Below, piece by piece: positions 1 through 60,375 of a stretch of 64,000 nt of DNA. The stretch is from Flaccisagitta enflata (taxonomy: Eukaryota): NCBI GenBank assembly GCA_965153355.1, contig OZ231126.1:10416001-10480000 (forward strand), read 5' to 3'. Below the pieces are notes generated by a model. That model was given only the letters and a program-made list of their open reading frames with translations, did not search any database and was not told where the DNA came from. How positions within the stretch are numbered: position 1 is the stretch's first letter; the number at the start of each line of letters is the position of its first letter. The translations under genes were made by a program, and so were the position numbers.

Positions 1-3000
1 TGAAATATTCTCTTTTTGCAAGAACATCACATGCCCCTAAAATGTGGAAGATAGACTCTGGATCTTTTCTACACACCCGGCAGACATCATCACAGCTGTT
101 CTTTAGGATATGTTTTTCATGGTACTTTGTTATGACTGCCAACTCTTGGGCTCCACAGATATAACTCTCAGTATGAGGGTCTAAGTGGCACTTTTTTAGC
201 CATTCAAATGATTGTTTCGAGTCTGCCTCACTATCAACCAGCAAGCGGGCATAAGCGCCATGTAGTGGTTTTGCAATATAGGTATTGGCCCGGTTTTTGG
301 CTATTGCATCCTTGACTAATTTGGCTTTTGCTCTTGCTTGGGCCATAATTGGTTTCTCCAGGAAGTTCTCCGGCAGCGTAATATCCAATTTGGTTTCGTA
401 CTTTTTAGCACGGGTTGCGTTAGAGAATAGGCAGCCTTTCTCAATAGCTAGGCATTGTTTCAGGATGGGGTTGTCAGTATGTTCAAATGCATGGGAGATT
501 CGGCTTGTTGTGGACTGGAACGAATCCCATACAGATATAAGGCCACGCCCACCTTTTTCTCTTGTTAGATACAGGCGGTCGATGTCACTCATAAGCTCGA
601 ATGCCCGGTACATGTGCAACATTTTGCGTGTCATTGTATCGTACCCCTTTAGCTCCTCTTCAGTCCAATGGACCACACCGAAAGAGTAAGATATGAGTGG
701 TAATATACATTCGTTTATTGCCTGGAAGAGGTTTCTCGCATTGAGCTCAGTTTCCAAAAGTTTCCTCAGCTTTGCCTTAACTTGTTTGCATACTTTGTTC
801 TTGACATCAGTATGCTTGATTACCTCCAGTTCTTCGATCCCCAGATATTTGTATGCTTCATCAGCGTTTACTTCTTCCATCATGCCGCCTGAAAGTAATT
901 TAATACCCCCCATTTTCTGGTACTTCCCCTTGACAACATTTATGCATTTGCATTTTGATAAGCCAAATTCCATACCAATATCGTGGCTCATGGATTCGAT
1001 CAAGTTGGCCAGTTTACACATATTTTCATAGCTGTCTGTAAACCCTTTTAAGTCGTCCATGTGCCAAAGATGCGAGACATAGGTGTCACCAATCTTGTAT
1101 CCATTACTTCGCCTATTTATAATCAGGCTCAACGGGTTGAGGGCAATAATAAAGATTAGGGGGGAGAGAGAATCTCCTTGGAAGATTCCCCTCAAAAATC
1201 TCACTTTTTCAACAGTTATACAGCCGCCTTCATAGTACAGTGAGAGGTCGACGATCCAGAGGTCGACGATCCACAGCTGCATAGAGTAGCATATAAAATT
1301 AATGATGGTCGGGCAGATCCTGTATACTGTAAGAGATTCCTTTATCCACTCGTGAGGCACAGAATCATATGCCTTAGCATAGTCTATATATAACATATGT
1401 AAATTCCTTCGCCGTTTGGCAGCATCCAACAGTATATTCTTGTTGATGAGCAGCTCTTGGTCCCGTATGACTTTTTGATTGCTCCTTGCTGTTCTATAGC
1501 CAGCATTTTATTAGTTTCCATGAATTTGGCAATCTTATCACCCAAAATCCCAGTGAGGCATTTCCATAAGGTGGTCAGGCACGTTATTGGCCTATATTGT
1601 AAGGCATCTGATGTCTTATCACTTTTGGGTAACAGTGTAGTCTTCCCTTTTACCAGCCACCCGGGCATCAGCTCAGGAAATTCAATACAGTTGTTCATTG
1701 CTTTGGCGAGAAAATGGTGAGTAATTGTTATGCTTTTTAGCCAAAAGTTGGGAAGACAGTCGTGGCCAGGTGCTTTCCAATTCATAGTCTTGCCAAGTTG
1801 AGTGCTGATATCATTCTTCACAAGTGGAGTCCACTCCTGCTGACTTACATTACGATATGTTTTTTCAACTTCATCTAGCCAGCTTGGCCTTCCTTTGTAT
1901 TTGTTGGCGTCTCCCCAGATTTTCTTTTCCCAGATTTCTCTTATATCCACCGGTTTTGGCGGGGTTTCAACACGCTGCCCATTTTCAAATATAGAACGGA
2001 AGAATCGTTTCTTATCGTTTAAGAATAGGTCGTTTTGTTCTTTAGCTTTTCTTGCAGTCAGGTAGCGCTGTACTTTACCTGCTATGGCAGATATTTTGTT
2101 TTTGATCTTAAAGTAGCATGCCTCAACTGCCTTTTTTGACCCGTCCACACCATATTTTTTAAAGACCTTAGCTAGATAATTGGATGCCTTTTCTCTCCGT
2201 ATTTTTCCATCTAGCCAAGCCTTGATAATATCGGCCTCTCTCCTGAGGGTAAGGATCAGTCTTTCTAAGCGTATCTTCCACTTGGGTTCAGCCTTTGGTC
2301 TCCATTCATTTGATCCAAAACCGCATTCTTCCCCCTCCTTAAATGTAAATACAGCTGCAACAGCGTAGATAACATTGTTAATGAATGATATATTGACTCT
2401 TTTTTCTTCCTCGGCATTACTGATTAAATCGTGGGCAAGCCACTCCATCCAGTCAACTTTTTGCTGGGAGAATTTTTTCTTCTTAAGTCGCTTTCTTGAT
2501 TGGGAGTCAATTGATTGCTTATTAAGTTCATCAAGCAGTTTGGTGCCTCGGTTGAAAAGGCTGATATATTCAGCACACTCTGGTTTCTTTGATGGCGGGG
2601 CAGAGACTGGGTCATTTAAAACAAACTCGGGGCAGGTATTGTTCTCTGGTTCTCCAACCACAACATGTTCAGCTTCAGGCTCAGGATTTTCAGGTTCCTC
2701 GATCACTCCAAGCTCTTTAAAAACCTTATCTTTAATTCTGTCAAGGTCCTGAAGGTAAAGTCAGCCATTGCCACCTAGGTCTTTTAGTGCCCTGTCATAT
2801 ACTCGTTTGCCTTTGGTTGGTAGGCCAGATTTTGACATATGCTTGTCCGGTCGTATCTCAGCCCATTTGTTGCACATTAGATCGATATATCCCTTATTAA
2901 GTAGTTTTGCTTTTTGCTTAGCCCATAAGTAACAAAACAGGATATCTTCAGTGTCCCGCGAGGTGTGTTTGTTGGCCCTCAGACCATTTTGAGAATTGTG

Positions 3001-3185
3001 TTCTTGTTGCACACCAACGCTAGGATTTATTGATGTAGCGTCAGGCTCAGTCGGGCTCGAGGCTTCATTAATCCCGGACAAAGAAGGTTCACAGTTTTGA
3101 GAAACAGAGTCTTGAGAAGTTAGCGGCACATTTGCTGTATCAGTCGATTTGTCAAAGAAGGCAGGAGTAAAGGGGGAGGGTTGCT
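1..3185 (-). mobile_element. R4/Dong-like RLE non-LTR retrotransposon, disrupted; 3' part runs off the window
   Basis: Minus-strand translation gives RT motifs KAPGHD, YRPITCL, EQQG, then after a frameshift near 1457 IDYAKAYDSVPHEWI, GIFQGDSLSP, HMDDLK and YKYLG. A CCHC knuckle CRVCRKDPESIFHILGAC lies at ~30-85. No APE domain precedes the RT. An N-terminal ORF piece is at 2761-3129. Confidence 0.88.
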
Positions 3186-3189
3186 CACT

Positions 3190-3518
3190 ACTGTTATTAT
3201 TATTGTTATTATTGTTATTGTTATTATTTATTATTTATTGTTATTGTTGTTGTTGTTATTATTGTCATTATTATTGTTGTTGTCATTATTATTGTTGTCG
3301 TCATTATTGTTGTTGTCGTCATTATAGTTATTGTTACAGTAGATGTCGTCTAAACTTGTAAATTGTTATTTGTTGTTGTTGTTATTTATTGTTATTGTTG
3401 TTGTTATTATTATTATTATTGTTATTGTTGCTATTTTATTGTTGTTATTGTTTATTATTGTTGTTGTTATTGTTATTTTTATTGTTATTGTTATTGTTAT
3501 TTATTGTTATTGTTGTTG
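3190..3518. repeat. Degenerate (TTG/TTA)n trinucleotide tract
   Basis: Directly visible. Confidence 0.95.
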
Positions 3519-3584
3519 CGGTTGCTTGATGGTTCAAGCTCTTCCATGGGCACACGCGCTAGCACATTATGGTGCATTCCATTC

Positions 3585-3770
3585 ACCTCAAATAAAACTT
3601 CATAATGCTCAGCTTCCGCATCATACTGAATCAAGATAGGTTCACCATTCACGCCATGCGGGTAACAAGTTGGCAAGAATGTTCCAGAGCACTTGTTATA
3701 TACGCAAATGGGCCGTTTATAACGTCTTGAAGCGGCAATAATTTCTAGTTGATCTGCATAAACTTTATCC
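3585..3770 (-). pseudogene. C-terminal half of an OTU-like cysteine protease domain (fragment or isolated exon)
   Basis: Translation DKVYADQLEIIAASRRYKRPICVY...EPILIQYDAEAEHYEVL matches the OTU pattern (W/Y)xxxxEIxAxSxxYxRPIxVY...IxLxY...HY. The catalytic Cys half is absent; a (GA)n tract lies directly upstream. Confidence 0.65.
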
Positions 3771-3799
3771 GAGAGAGAGAGAGCGAGAGCGAGAGCGAG

Positions 3800-3835
<36 letters not shown>

Positions 3836-4342
3836 AGCTAACGAAATTGCGTGAAGGTAGGCACGGGCTGTAATGAAATTGGCTGAGTAATTATAGTTAT
3901 TGGGCAGAAGCAGTGTTGCCAAAAAACCGCACATAAACGCCAAATAAGCAAAGATTGATAGACCGATGGACTATTTTACGGGCGGACCAACCGACATTGC
4001 AAGTTATTGAGTCGCGTGCACGCGACTAAGAAGAATTAAACTGAGCAGTGCAAGTAAAGCAAGGTAGCATCAATTACTGACGAGTTCAGTGGGGAATCAA
4101 TGACTGACGAGTACAGAGGCCGCAATTGAAACGAGCTAACGTCATCTGTTGAATTCCATGGCTGCGTGAGAGGGTAATATTAGGGAAATGCATCGTAAAC
4201 AAGGCCAAGTCAGATAGTTAAGCATGTAATCAAAACAAGGCAATGTCGGTCTTTCGATCCGTCCGTTTGTCCGTGGAAAAGCACTTCCGCCCGAGTTCGT
4301 CCATCGAGTCGATTAGAGTGATTTACTCCCCAGCTCCTCGTC

Positions 4343-5156
4343 CACGCATCCCAGGAACAAACCCTAGGTGAAAAAAAAGGCCAAGTGCTGTGAACCCCTT
4401 TGTAATGTTGCACATTGTACTAGGTATAATCAAAGCCAAAAATGAAAAAAAAATTAGCTTGGAAATATAGCATTTGCAGCTCAATATTACCAAAAATACA
4501 GCATTCAAAAATACAGCATTTTTTAACAATTTTTTAGCTGAAAATCATAGTTTTCATTTCTAAAACTTTGAAGAAATAGTTGATTAGTATGGCAATAGCT
4601 GCTGTAATATTATCTTTACCCCTTTAACTAGTTCAGAAGCATCTTACACAAATTGAAGCTAAAAAACAATAAATGCAGGGTTTTTTGTTATATCTATCTC
4701 ATTTCTAAGCCCTGATTTACATTCTATCTCTTCAATCTAATCATCAGAGATTCAAACATAGGTATTTCTACTGTTATTAAACATTTTTTATGTTTTTTTT
4801 TTAATTTTGCCTAAGAAAATTTTTTTTCTATTCTTAAGCCTTTTTTATGCTAATTGGTTTAACATCCCTCAAAACTAGCTTTGTTGGATAAAAAATTTCT
4901 ATGGCAACAATAACCACACTGCTCAGTAGTTTTCTGAAGTTTTTGAAAGTGTGACACCTTTTTCAGCATAAAAAATACTTGAAAATGTGTCATTTTTGCT
5001 ATTATCAAGCTATAAATACTGTGTTTCCAAGCCAATATTTTTTTTTGTTTATGGCTCTAATTGTACCTAATACAATGTGCAACATGGTCAGGGCCTTAGG
5101 GGGTTCACAACACTTGGCCTTTTTTCTCCACCCCGGGTTTGGTCCCGGGATGCGTG
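4343..5156. mobile_element. Fold-back MITE with CAC termini and 4-bp TSD
   Basis: Ends cacgcatcccaggaacaaaccc / gggtttggtcccgggatgcgtg, long imperfect inverted arms, CGTC duplicated on both flanks. Confidence 0.8.
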
Positions 5157-5769
5157 CGTCCGCAGCGATGCTGTAACCCCGGGTTACTCTTCCCATGGTT
5201 TTCTTATGAGCTTCTTTTTGCGGCAGCTCTCCCGTCCATTTGCCACACGACAAGGGCATCTTTAAATATCATCCATTACCTGGAGTTCATCGATACAATT
5301 AAGAGCGATAAATGCACGACTCAAAAACAAATGGACTCTCACAATGGTCAAGGCCGTTTCATGTTAACAATCGTTTCTGTGAATGTTGTTGATATCATCA
5401 ATATCAATTCTTATAGACTAGTAAATCTATCGAGCACTTAACCAATGCTGTTAAGTATTAACGAGGGCATCACGCGAGTTTCAGCGACCGGCGCTCTCTC
5501 TCTCCGCGTTGCTGCCATTCTGCATCGGGCTCATGCTTGACAGACATGTAAATCAATGCCAGCGACAGACGCCAGTCGATGGCACTTCCGGTCAGAAGCG
5601 CCGCTGATTTATTATTCATCGTTGGCGGGGCACTCATTTGCAGAACCGCCATTTGTGGTAAATATTGATACACGAAACAATGCGATGACCGCAGTGTCTC
5701 CGTATGAAATTGCTGTCATGAAGTGAATGTAGTGCTTGGCGTCAAACATGTGTTGTGTTTTATCTGTCT

Positions 5770-6129
<360 letters not shown>

Positions 6130-7168
6130 TAAAAATGTTGTTATTGTGACAATCGGATTGGCCTTCAATTGACAGCTTTACGCTAGAACCCGGTATAAAT
6201 CATAATTAAGTCGATATTGCCTGGATTGATCCTCTTCTTCGGCACGATGAAGCGCGACAGAATGTCATGAAGTAGGTCTCAAACTTTTCTGTAAACACGC
6301 AGTCTTCACATTTATCTTGAGATATTTGCGGAGTGCAGTGCACACAATCCATTCCCTATGGAGTGTCCATCTGTCCTTTTCGTGGGTCCCGCTAACTCGG
6401 TTGGACCTCACCTAAAGTACGTCCATCCGCCCGTCCTTGACTTACACCCAAATTTGAATGGGCGAAAACACGCATTTAAGATACCGTGTGTGTGCATGGG
6501 CGGAGGAGGAGGGGTGTTACGCCCCTTTCTGTCTATCGGCGATAATATCGCAACCCCGCCCTACAAGTTCTCTGGTTGTCATAGCCACAATTTTTTTCTC
6601 GTTATTTTTGTTCAAAGCTTTCTTTCATATCAATATCAACGGGAACTATCCGACGGAGAAAAGTATTGAACAGGCGAACGGACCGACAACCAAACGTTTC
6701 CAAGCATATCAACCGATTTATGTGCGAAATTGTGTGATTCGAGCCAGAACGAGAAGATTCGTGAATTCACTGAATTGTTTATCAAATTCGAGACGAAGAC
6801 TTGTTTTGAATTGGATATCTTAGCTTCAGTTCTGACTGAATTTTAGGCAAATACAGAGATTGAGGAACTAAGACATTTGGATTTGGCCCTTGGGGTACAA
6901 CGATGCGTCCACATCCTCCTGTGTGACTTAAAATGGTAGTGACCATGTGAGGCAGTCAAGCAGTACAATGTTTCACAGAATGCAGGTTTCTACTTAGAGT
7001 TGCAATTTTGACCATATATTTCAACTGAAGCTTACGAAAAGCATACGAAATGACCCAATGCAATCCGAAGTCAAAGCCAGGGTGTCACAAAGTGCCCGAG
7101 CACGAGAGCGGCGCTCGTAGGAAGCTAGCTAGGCTGGTAGGAAGGGAAGGGGAAGGAAGAGAAAAAGG

Positions 7169-7802
7169 AATAGTCGCAAAAGCGTTACATGGTCAGCGGT
7201 ACCCGATGCCCCTAAGTAAGTGTATGTGGGAATGAGATTATGAGAGGGGCAGCGGCCCCGGAGGGGCCCATGACCTGCGAGTCCACATAGGACAATTTTC
7301 TCCGGTTTGAGAGGGCTGGTTTGAAGGGCTGAGAGGCCTGATTTTGGGTCTGAAAGGTCTGATTTAGGGTCTGAGAGGCGCGGTTTGGGGTCTGAGAAGC
7401 TTGATTTGGGGTCTGAAAGGCCTGATTTGGGTCTGAGGGGTCTAATTTGGAGTCTGAAAAGCCTGATTAGGGGTCTGAGGCCTGATTTGGGTCTGAGAGG
7501 CCTAATTTGGGGTCTGAGAAGCCTGATCTTGGGTCTGAAGGCCTGATTTGGGGTCTGAGAGGCCTGATTTAGGGTCTGGGAGGCCTAATTTGGGGTTTGA
7601 GAGGCCTGATTTGAGGTCAGTAAGGTCTGATTTGGGGTCTGAAAGGCCTGATATGGGGTCTGAGAGGCCTGATATGGGGTCTGAGAGGCCTTATTTGAGG
7701 CTTGCGGGAGGGGGGAACGGACGGACGGAAAACGGAAACCGGAGAAAATTGCCCTATGTGGAATCATAGGTCATCGGCCCCTCCGGGGCTGCTGCCCAAA
7801 AA
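7169..7802 (+). mobile_element. HINE/DINE-1-like non-autonomous element with 21-bp internal minisatellite (family A)
   Basis: Head ggtcagcggtacccg..gccc; inverted repeat gggcagcggccccggagggg..ttttctccgg / ccggagaaaatt..cccctccggggctgctgccc; internal ggcctgatttggggtctgaga array; (GGAC)n; A-run end. Homologous copies at 12307-12839 and 36220-36970. Confidence 0.75.
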
Positions 7803-8087
7803 GAGGAAGAAGAAGAAGGCAGAAAAGAGGAAAAGAAGGGAGGAAGGAAGGAAGGGAGGAAGGAAGGAAGGAAAGAAGGAAGGAAGGAAGGAATGAAGGA
7901 AGGAAGAAAAAGAAAGAGAGGGGGAAGGAAGGAAGGAAGGAAGGAAGGAAGGAAGGAAGGATGGATGAAAGGAAGATAAAGAGGAAGGGGCTAGAAAAAA
8001 GACAAATACCCATAAAAAATTTGTTTTCTTTTTGTATATCAAGCTCCTGCAATGTTTTTTTGTTTTTCTCAGTACACAGTACACCTA

Positions 8088-8689
8088 CAGTGGGGTTCGT
8101 GGAATAACAGCCTAAACTGGAGGAAGGTATTTAAGTGTCTTAATTTCATTTGACAAATTTGATATTTAAGATATAAGTTGTTCAGTCGATGCTTTTGTCC
8201 CTGAGTTTTTCGGTTGCTATGGAAACCAAAACTATTTTTTCAAACATTAATAACCACTAAAATATCAATATTTTGAGAAATATTGTCAGGGAACATTGCT
8301 CAAAATTAAATTTGCTACAACTTTCCCACAGTATGTTCTGTAAGAATATTGCTCGTTTGGCCGTTGCTAGGGGGCATCACACCTAGCAACCGCTAAATGA
8401 TGCTCCCTAGCAACGGCTAAACGAGCAATATTCTTACAGGACATACTGTGGGAAAGTTGTAGCAAATTTAATTCTGAGCAATGTTCCCTGATAATATTTG
8501 TCAAAATATTGATATTCTAATTGTTATAAATGTTCAAAAAAATAATTTTGGTTTCCATAGCAACCGAAAAACTCAGGGACAAAAGCATCAAGTGAACAAC
8601 TTATATTTCAAATATCAAGTTTGTCAAATGATATTAAGTCACTTTAATACCTTCCTCCAGTTTAGGCTGTTATTCCACGAACCCCACTG
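8088..8689. mobile_element. Tc1/mariner-type MITE, almost fully palindromic
   Basis: Ends cagtggggttcgtggaataacagcc / ggctgttattccacgaaccccactg; TA on both flanks; arms ~300 bp. Confidence 0.92.
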
Positions 8690-10204
8690 TACTACATAAG
8701 TCTTTAAAAAGATTTTCAGAGAAAGAATAAGCCATTAGAAATGATAGTTGTTTTACTGACAACCATAACTACATCTCTTCTTTCCTCCCTTCCTCCCCTT
8801 CTTCTTTCTACCCTTCCCTTCAACCTTCTTTTATTTTTTTCCTATTCTTTCCCTCCTCCTTTTCATATTTTTAATTTTTTCCGTCCTTCCTTCCCACCTC
8901 CCTTCCCTCTTTTCTTCCTTCATCCTTTCCCTCCCTCCTCCCTTCTTTCTATCCTTCCTGTCTTCTTTTCTTTTCTTCTCATCCCTTCCTCCCTTTTTGT
9001 CCACTTTCCTACCCTCTTTGAATTCCATCCTTCCTACCATTGCTTCCTCCCTTCCTTCCTTTCCTTACAAAGGACTAAACAAGTACCCCGGGGTACAATG
9101 ATGCGTCCACACGCTGCTTAGTTTGTTAAGAATGATGCAATATTGCATCAATCATGTGGAATGATGCAATGACTTAACAGTTTGCGTGATTTCCTTGAGT
9201 TTTCACCATATATGACTCGTGCTCACCAACAAACCAATGGACCAACAGATGGATGGAAGAAGCGTCTTATAGAGATGCGGGGATGCATCTAAAAACCCAA
9301 ATTTTAGAAAAATTATGTAGCTATGTACGTACTAACTTATTGACAGACCGACCGACACAACAAGGTGTAAAGTTGTGTGCAAGTGACTTTAGATACTACA
9401 TTTTCTTTTCCACAAACTTCTGTTACTTATCAAAACAAGGCCGTATACAGGGCTACCAAAGTTGCGTGGGGTTTAGCAGGGGCAGTGATAAAAAAAGTCT
9501 CCAATGCCAGTCTAGATGATCAACCCAAGCCTTTAGGCTCAAATGTAGGTCTTAAGGCTCATATTTGAGCCCCAAGACCTGTGCTATCACAAAACTAAAA
9601 GAGTTCTTCAAATTCCAAAATTACTCATTAGTACATGCATAGGTCATTGGTCCTTCTGGGGCTGCTGCTCCCCTCAACATCTCATCCCTTCACTTACTAT
9701 TCTAGGAGCATCCAGAACTACTTTCACTTTGTTAACTATTTATATAAGGGGTTAAGAAGTAACACCTGCGATAATCATACGCATTTTCAGTAGGAAGGAA
9801 CAGTTGGAGAAATTTTGCTCGTAGGAAGCAAAAAAATTTGTAACACTCTGGTCAAAGCCATGAAATATTTTCCGCTGGAATCTGAAAAGTGAGTGACTTT
9901 ATTGCACAATTTGAGGTGTTCACCTGGTCTTCAGCGTATATGGTTTTAGATGCGGACACGCAACTCTATATATTCCATTTATAAGAGGCTTTGTCCCTTC
10001 GATGGTCGGTCGGTTTGGGACGCTCAATTTGGAAAGCGTGAAAATGTGTTTTTTATGATACCGTGTGTTTGAAGAGGGTGGCATTGAGGAAGGGGGGGGG
10101 GGGGAATGGAGAGTGGAATGGGGTTTATGTGCCCCTGCCTACCCGTCCGCAATAATATTGTGAACCCGCGTCGCTTGTTTTACTACATTCTGCCAGATCT
10201 GAGT

Positions 10205-11267
<1,063 letters not shown>

Positions 11268-11978
11268 GATCTGACTTTAAAAGGCCAATACAAGAATTTC
11301 CATAAACGAGTTGATTTGTTTTGATTTTGATCCCGCTGACACTCCACTTGAAACGAAAACTGCTTTGGTCAATAAAGTCAATAAAGGATTGGATATCCGT
11401 TCTCGAAACAGCCGGTTTAAAAAGATTTTCCAGAACTTGGCATCGAAACGTTTTGGTGTGGCCTGGGTATAACACCGTAACCTGACCCGCGAATAAAGAG
11501 TACATATACAGGCTACGATGAATACAAATAAACCACCGCGACAACATTGCTTCATTTTACGAAATAAAAGGATAAATGTCTTAAAAAGCGCTCATTTAGT
11601 GCTTAATGTATAAAGATACTTTGGGTGTAAATTCGTTGTTAATTAGTAGGCCGGTCGGTCGGTTACGCTAACGTTTCGTGATCTAATTGGCGCACCTATT
11701 GGCACAATTTTCAATATTGTCTAGAAAAAAAAGTCATTGCACGCACGCCATGTGAGAAATGAATTTTTAAAGGGGCAGCACCATTAATAATTGAAATTTC
11801 ATTCGACCCATTCACTTTCTCGTCTTCGTGATCCGAAGTCATGTCCATTTGAAACATTTTGGTCCTTTTATTTTGGTCGTTTGGTCATTGTATTCGTTGT
11901 ATTCGTTGTACTCGTTGTACTCGTTGTACTCGTTGTATTCGTTGTACTCGTTAAGTATTGTGTGCATGCATGCGTGCT

Positions 11979-12012
<34 letters not shown>

Positions 12013-12306
12013 TATTTGCCGCATTTTTTGCGTTCGTCCGTGCACGTCTAAAATTTGGTGAAAAAGCTGAAAAATAACTGATAATGATCATTACGTCCGT
12101 AACTTGTCGATTGGTTGGTCCGTGAGGTCATGCATGGCCATAGGGTAAAATTGCATAAAGCATTGAATTCCGAAGCTTATTCCTTGCAGTCATGCATTCA
12201 TCCATCCATTTACTGATAGATTCGTTGATGTCGTATGTATTGCTCTGCCCCTCAGCTAAAAAATCAAGGATGGAAAATCAAACGGGGAAAACCAATTCTC
12301 ACTCCC

Positions 12307-12839
12307 TTTTTGGGCAGCGGCCCCGAAGGGGACGATGTCCTGTCGAACACAGGGGGACTTCCGTTTGTTCGTGCGTGCGTGCGTCCCCCCCCCCCCCGAG
12401 GCGAGGCTCAAATCCCGGCCTGAAGGCCCAAATCCTAACCTCAAGGCTAAAATCCCATCCTCAAGGCTCAAATCCCAGCCTCGAGGCTCAAATCCCAGCC
12501 TTGAGGCTCAAATCCCAGCCTTGAGGCTCAAATCCCAGCCTTGAGGCTCAAATCCCAGCCTTGAGTCTCAAATCCCGGCCTGAAGGCCCAAATCCCAACC
12601 TCAAGGCTAAAATCCCATCCTCAAGGCTCAAATCCCAGCCTCCAGGCTCAAATCCCTGCCTCGAGGCCCACACGGATGGACGGACGGACGGACGGATGAA
12701 CGAACAAAAGTCCCCCTGTGTTCTACAGGACATAGACCCCTTCGGGGCCGCTGCCCTGCTACCCATCACCTACAATCACCAACATACAAAGCAGGGCAAC
12801 GGGTATCGCTGACCACATATTGCCCTTGGGCGACTGGTT
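12307..12839 (-). mobile_element. HINE family A copy with 21-bp minisatellite
   Basis: Inverted repeats gggcagcggccccgaagggg / ccccttcggggccgctgccc; tgaggctcaaatcccagcct array; (GGAC)n; T-run flank. Confidence 0.8.
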
Positions 12840-14115
12840 AGATATTGACTTCAGATCCTAAATCTAAGTCCTTGTGAATTTTCATATTTCTCTTTTAAAT
12901 GCGGCCAGTTCGAAGGTAGTAACGGCATGAGCTCTAGCTTGAACTAATCTGCTTGAATTTGTTCCTGAAAGATACCTTGGCATATGCACATAACTCTGTT
13001 GATCTCATTGACCAAAATTTTAAACTTCTTAGGGGCCCCTAGGGGCCCCAAAAAGCCCTTAATGAGGATTTTTTTTCGAAAAAAAGTGGGGTTCATTTGA
13101 TAGGAAATTGCTTGATTCGCCTTGATCCAAAATCTTGTAATTTCACTTTTTTCAAAAAAACTTATTTCAAAAGAAAGTTTAAAGATTCTCCTGGAATTTT
13201 TTTTATTTGATATGGTTCAAACAAATGGTCATAACTTCTAAAGTATTTGAGCCAGAACCTTGAAATTTGAAACGTGCATTATTGAAAGCGCTGAGGAGGT
13301 CCATGCAAAAGATTGAGCTACTGACTGACCTAGGAAAATTTTCGTGTCTAAGTCTACCCTTTTTCAGTCGATCAGTCTATCACGATAAGCTTTTTCAGCG
13401 TTTGCAGTTTTTGGGCATCTTTTGCATTACTGCTCCTGCCCTAAGCATTTTTTATCACCGCCATTGGCCACCCACACGCGACTTCGGTAGCCGTGTTTCC
13501 GGCCTTGTTGACAAAAAGTAGTAATACCGACAATATCAGCATTTTCACATATTTTACAAGCTGTTCCAAATACCGATTCGGTAAGACTTATCTCAATCTC
13601 ATCGTCCAAACGGTTTCTGGATTCACCAATGTTTTATCGCCTCTGCAGAATCTGTTAACTCGGTTAATCTTAATCTATTTACGGAAAATGACATCTTAAT
13701 TATTGGATAAACAACGATTATCGACTAACATCGATCACAATAACAACAACAGCAATAATAATATTAGGCCTGGTTTAATCGTCCAGATAAAGGAAGATTA
13801 AAAACAATTTTTCTTAATGCTGGTCAAAAAAACGCGATTTCGCAACCTTGGCCGAGGCCGGGTGGACCATTCTCGGAGCGCGATGGTCATTCATGGAGAA
13901 CATTTCGTGGAGTGAAGACTCGCCCAGAAAACAAAGCGCCGCATGTTTATTAAAGTCGATTATACTAAACAATTAACATGCGTCTTTGAAAAAAGAACCT
14001 TGAAAACAAAGCGTCGCGTGTAATTGTAATCATCAGAAAAGATTGAAAATACTGCGTGGCGTTGGTTTTCTTCTTGAAACCGAATGAACACTAATTGATC
14101 GGGTTTTCCCACGTT

Positions 14116-60375
<46,260 letters not shown>

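Noticed and set aside
285-2752. Plus-strand ORFs overlapping the retrotransposon
   Set aside because: Antisense shadows of the RT coding frame.
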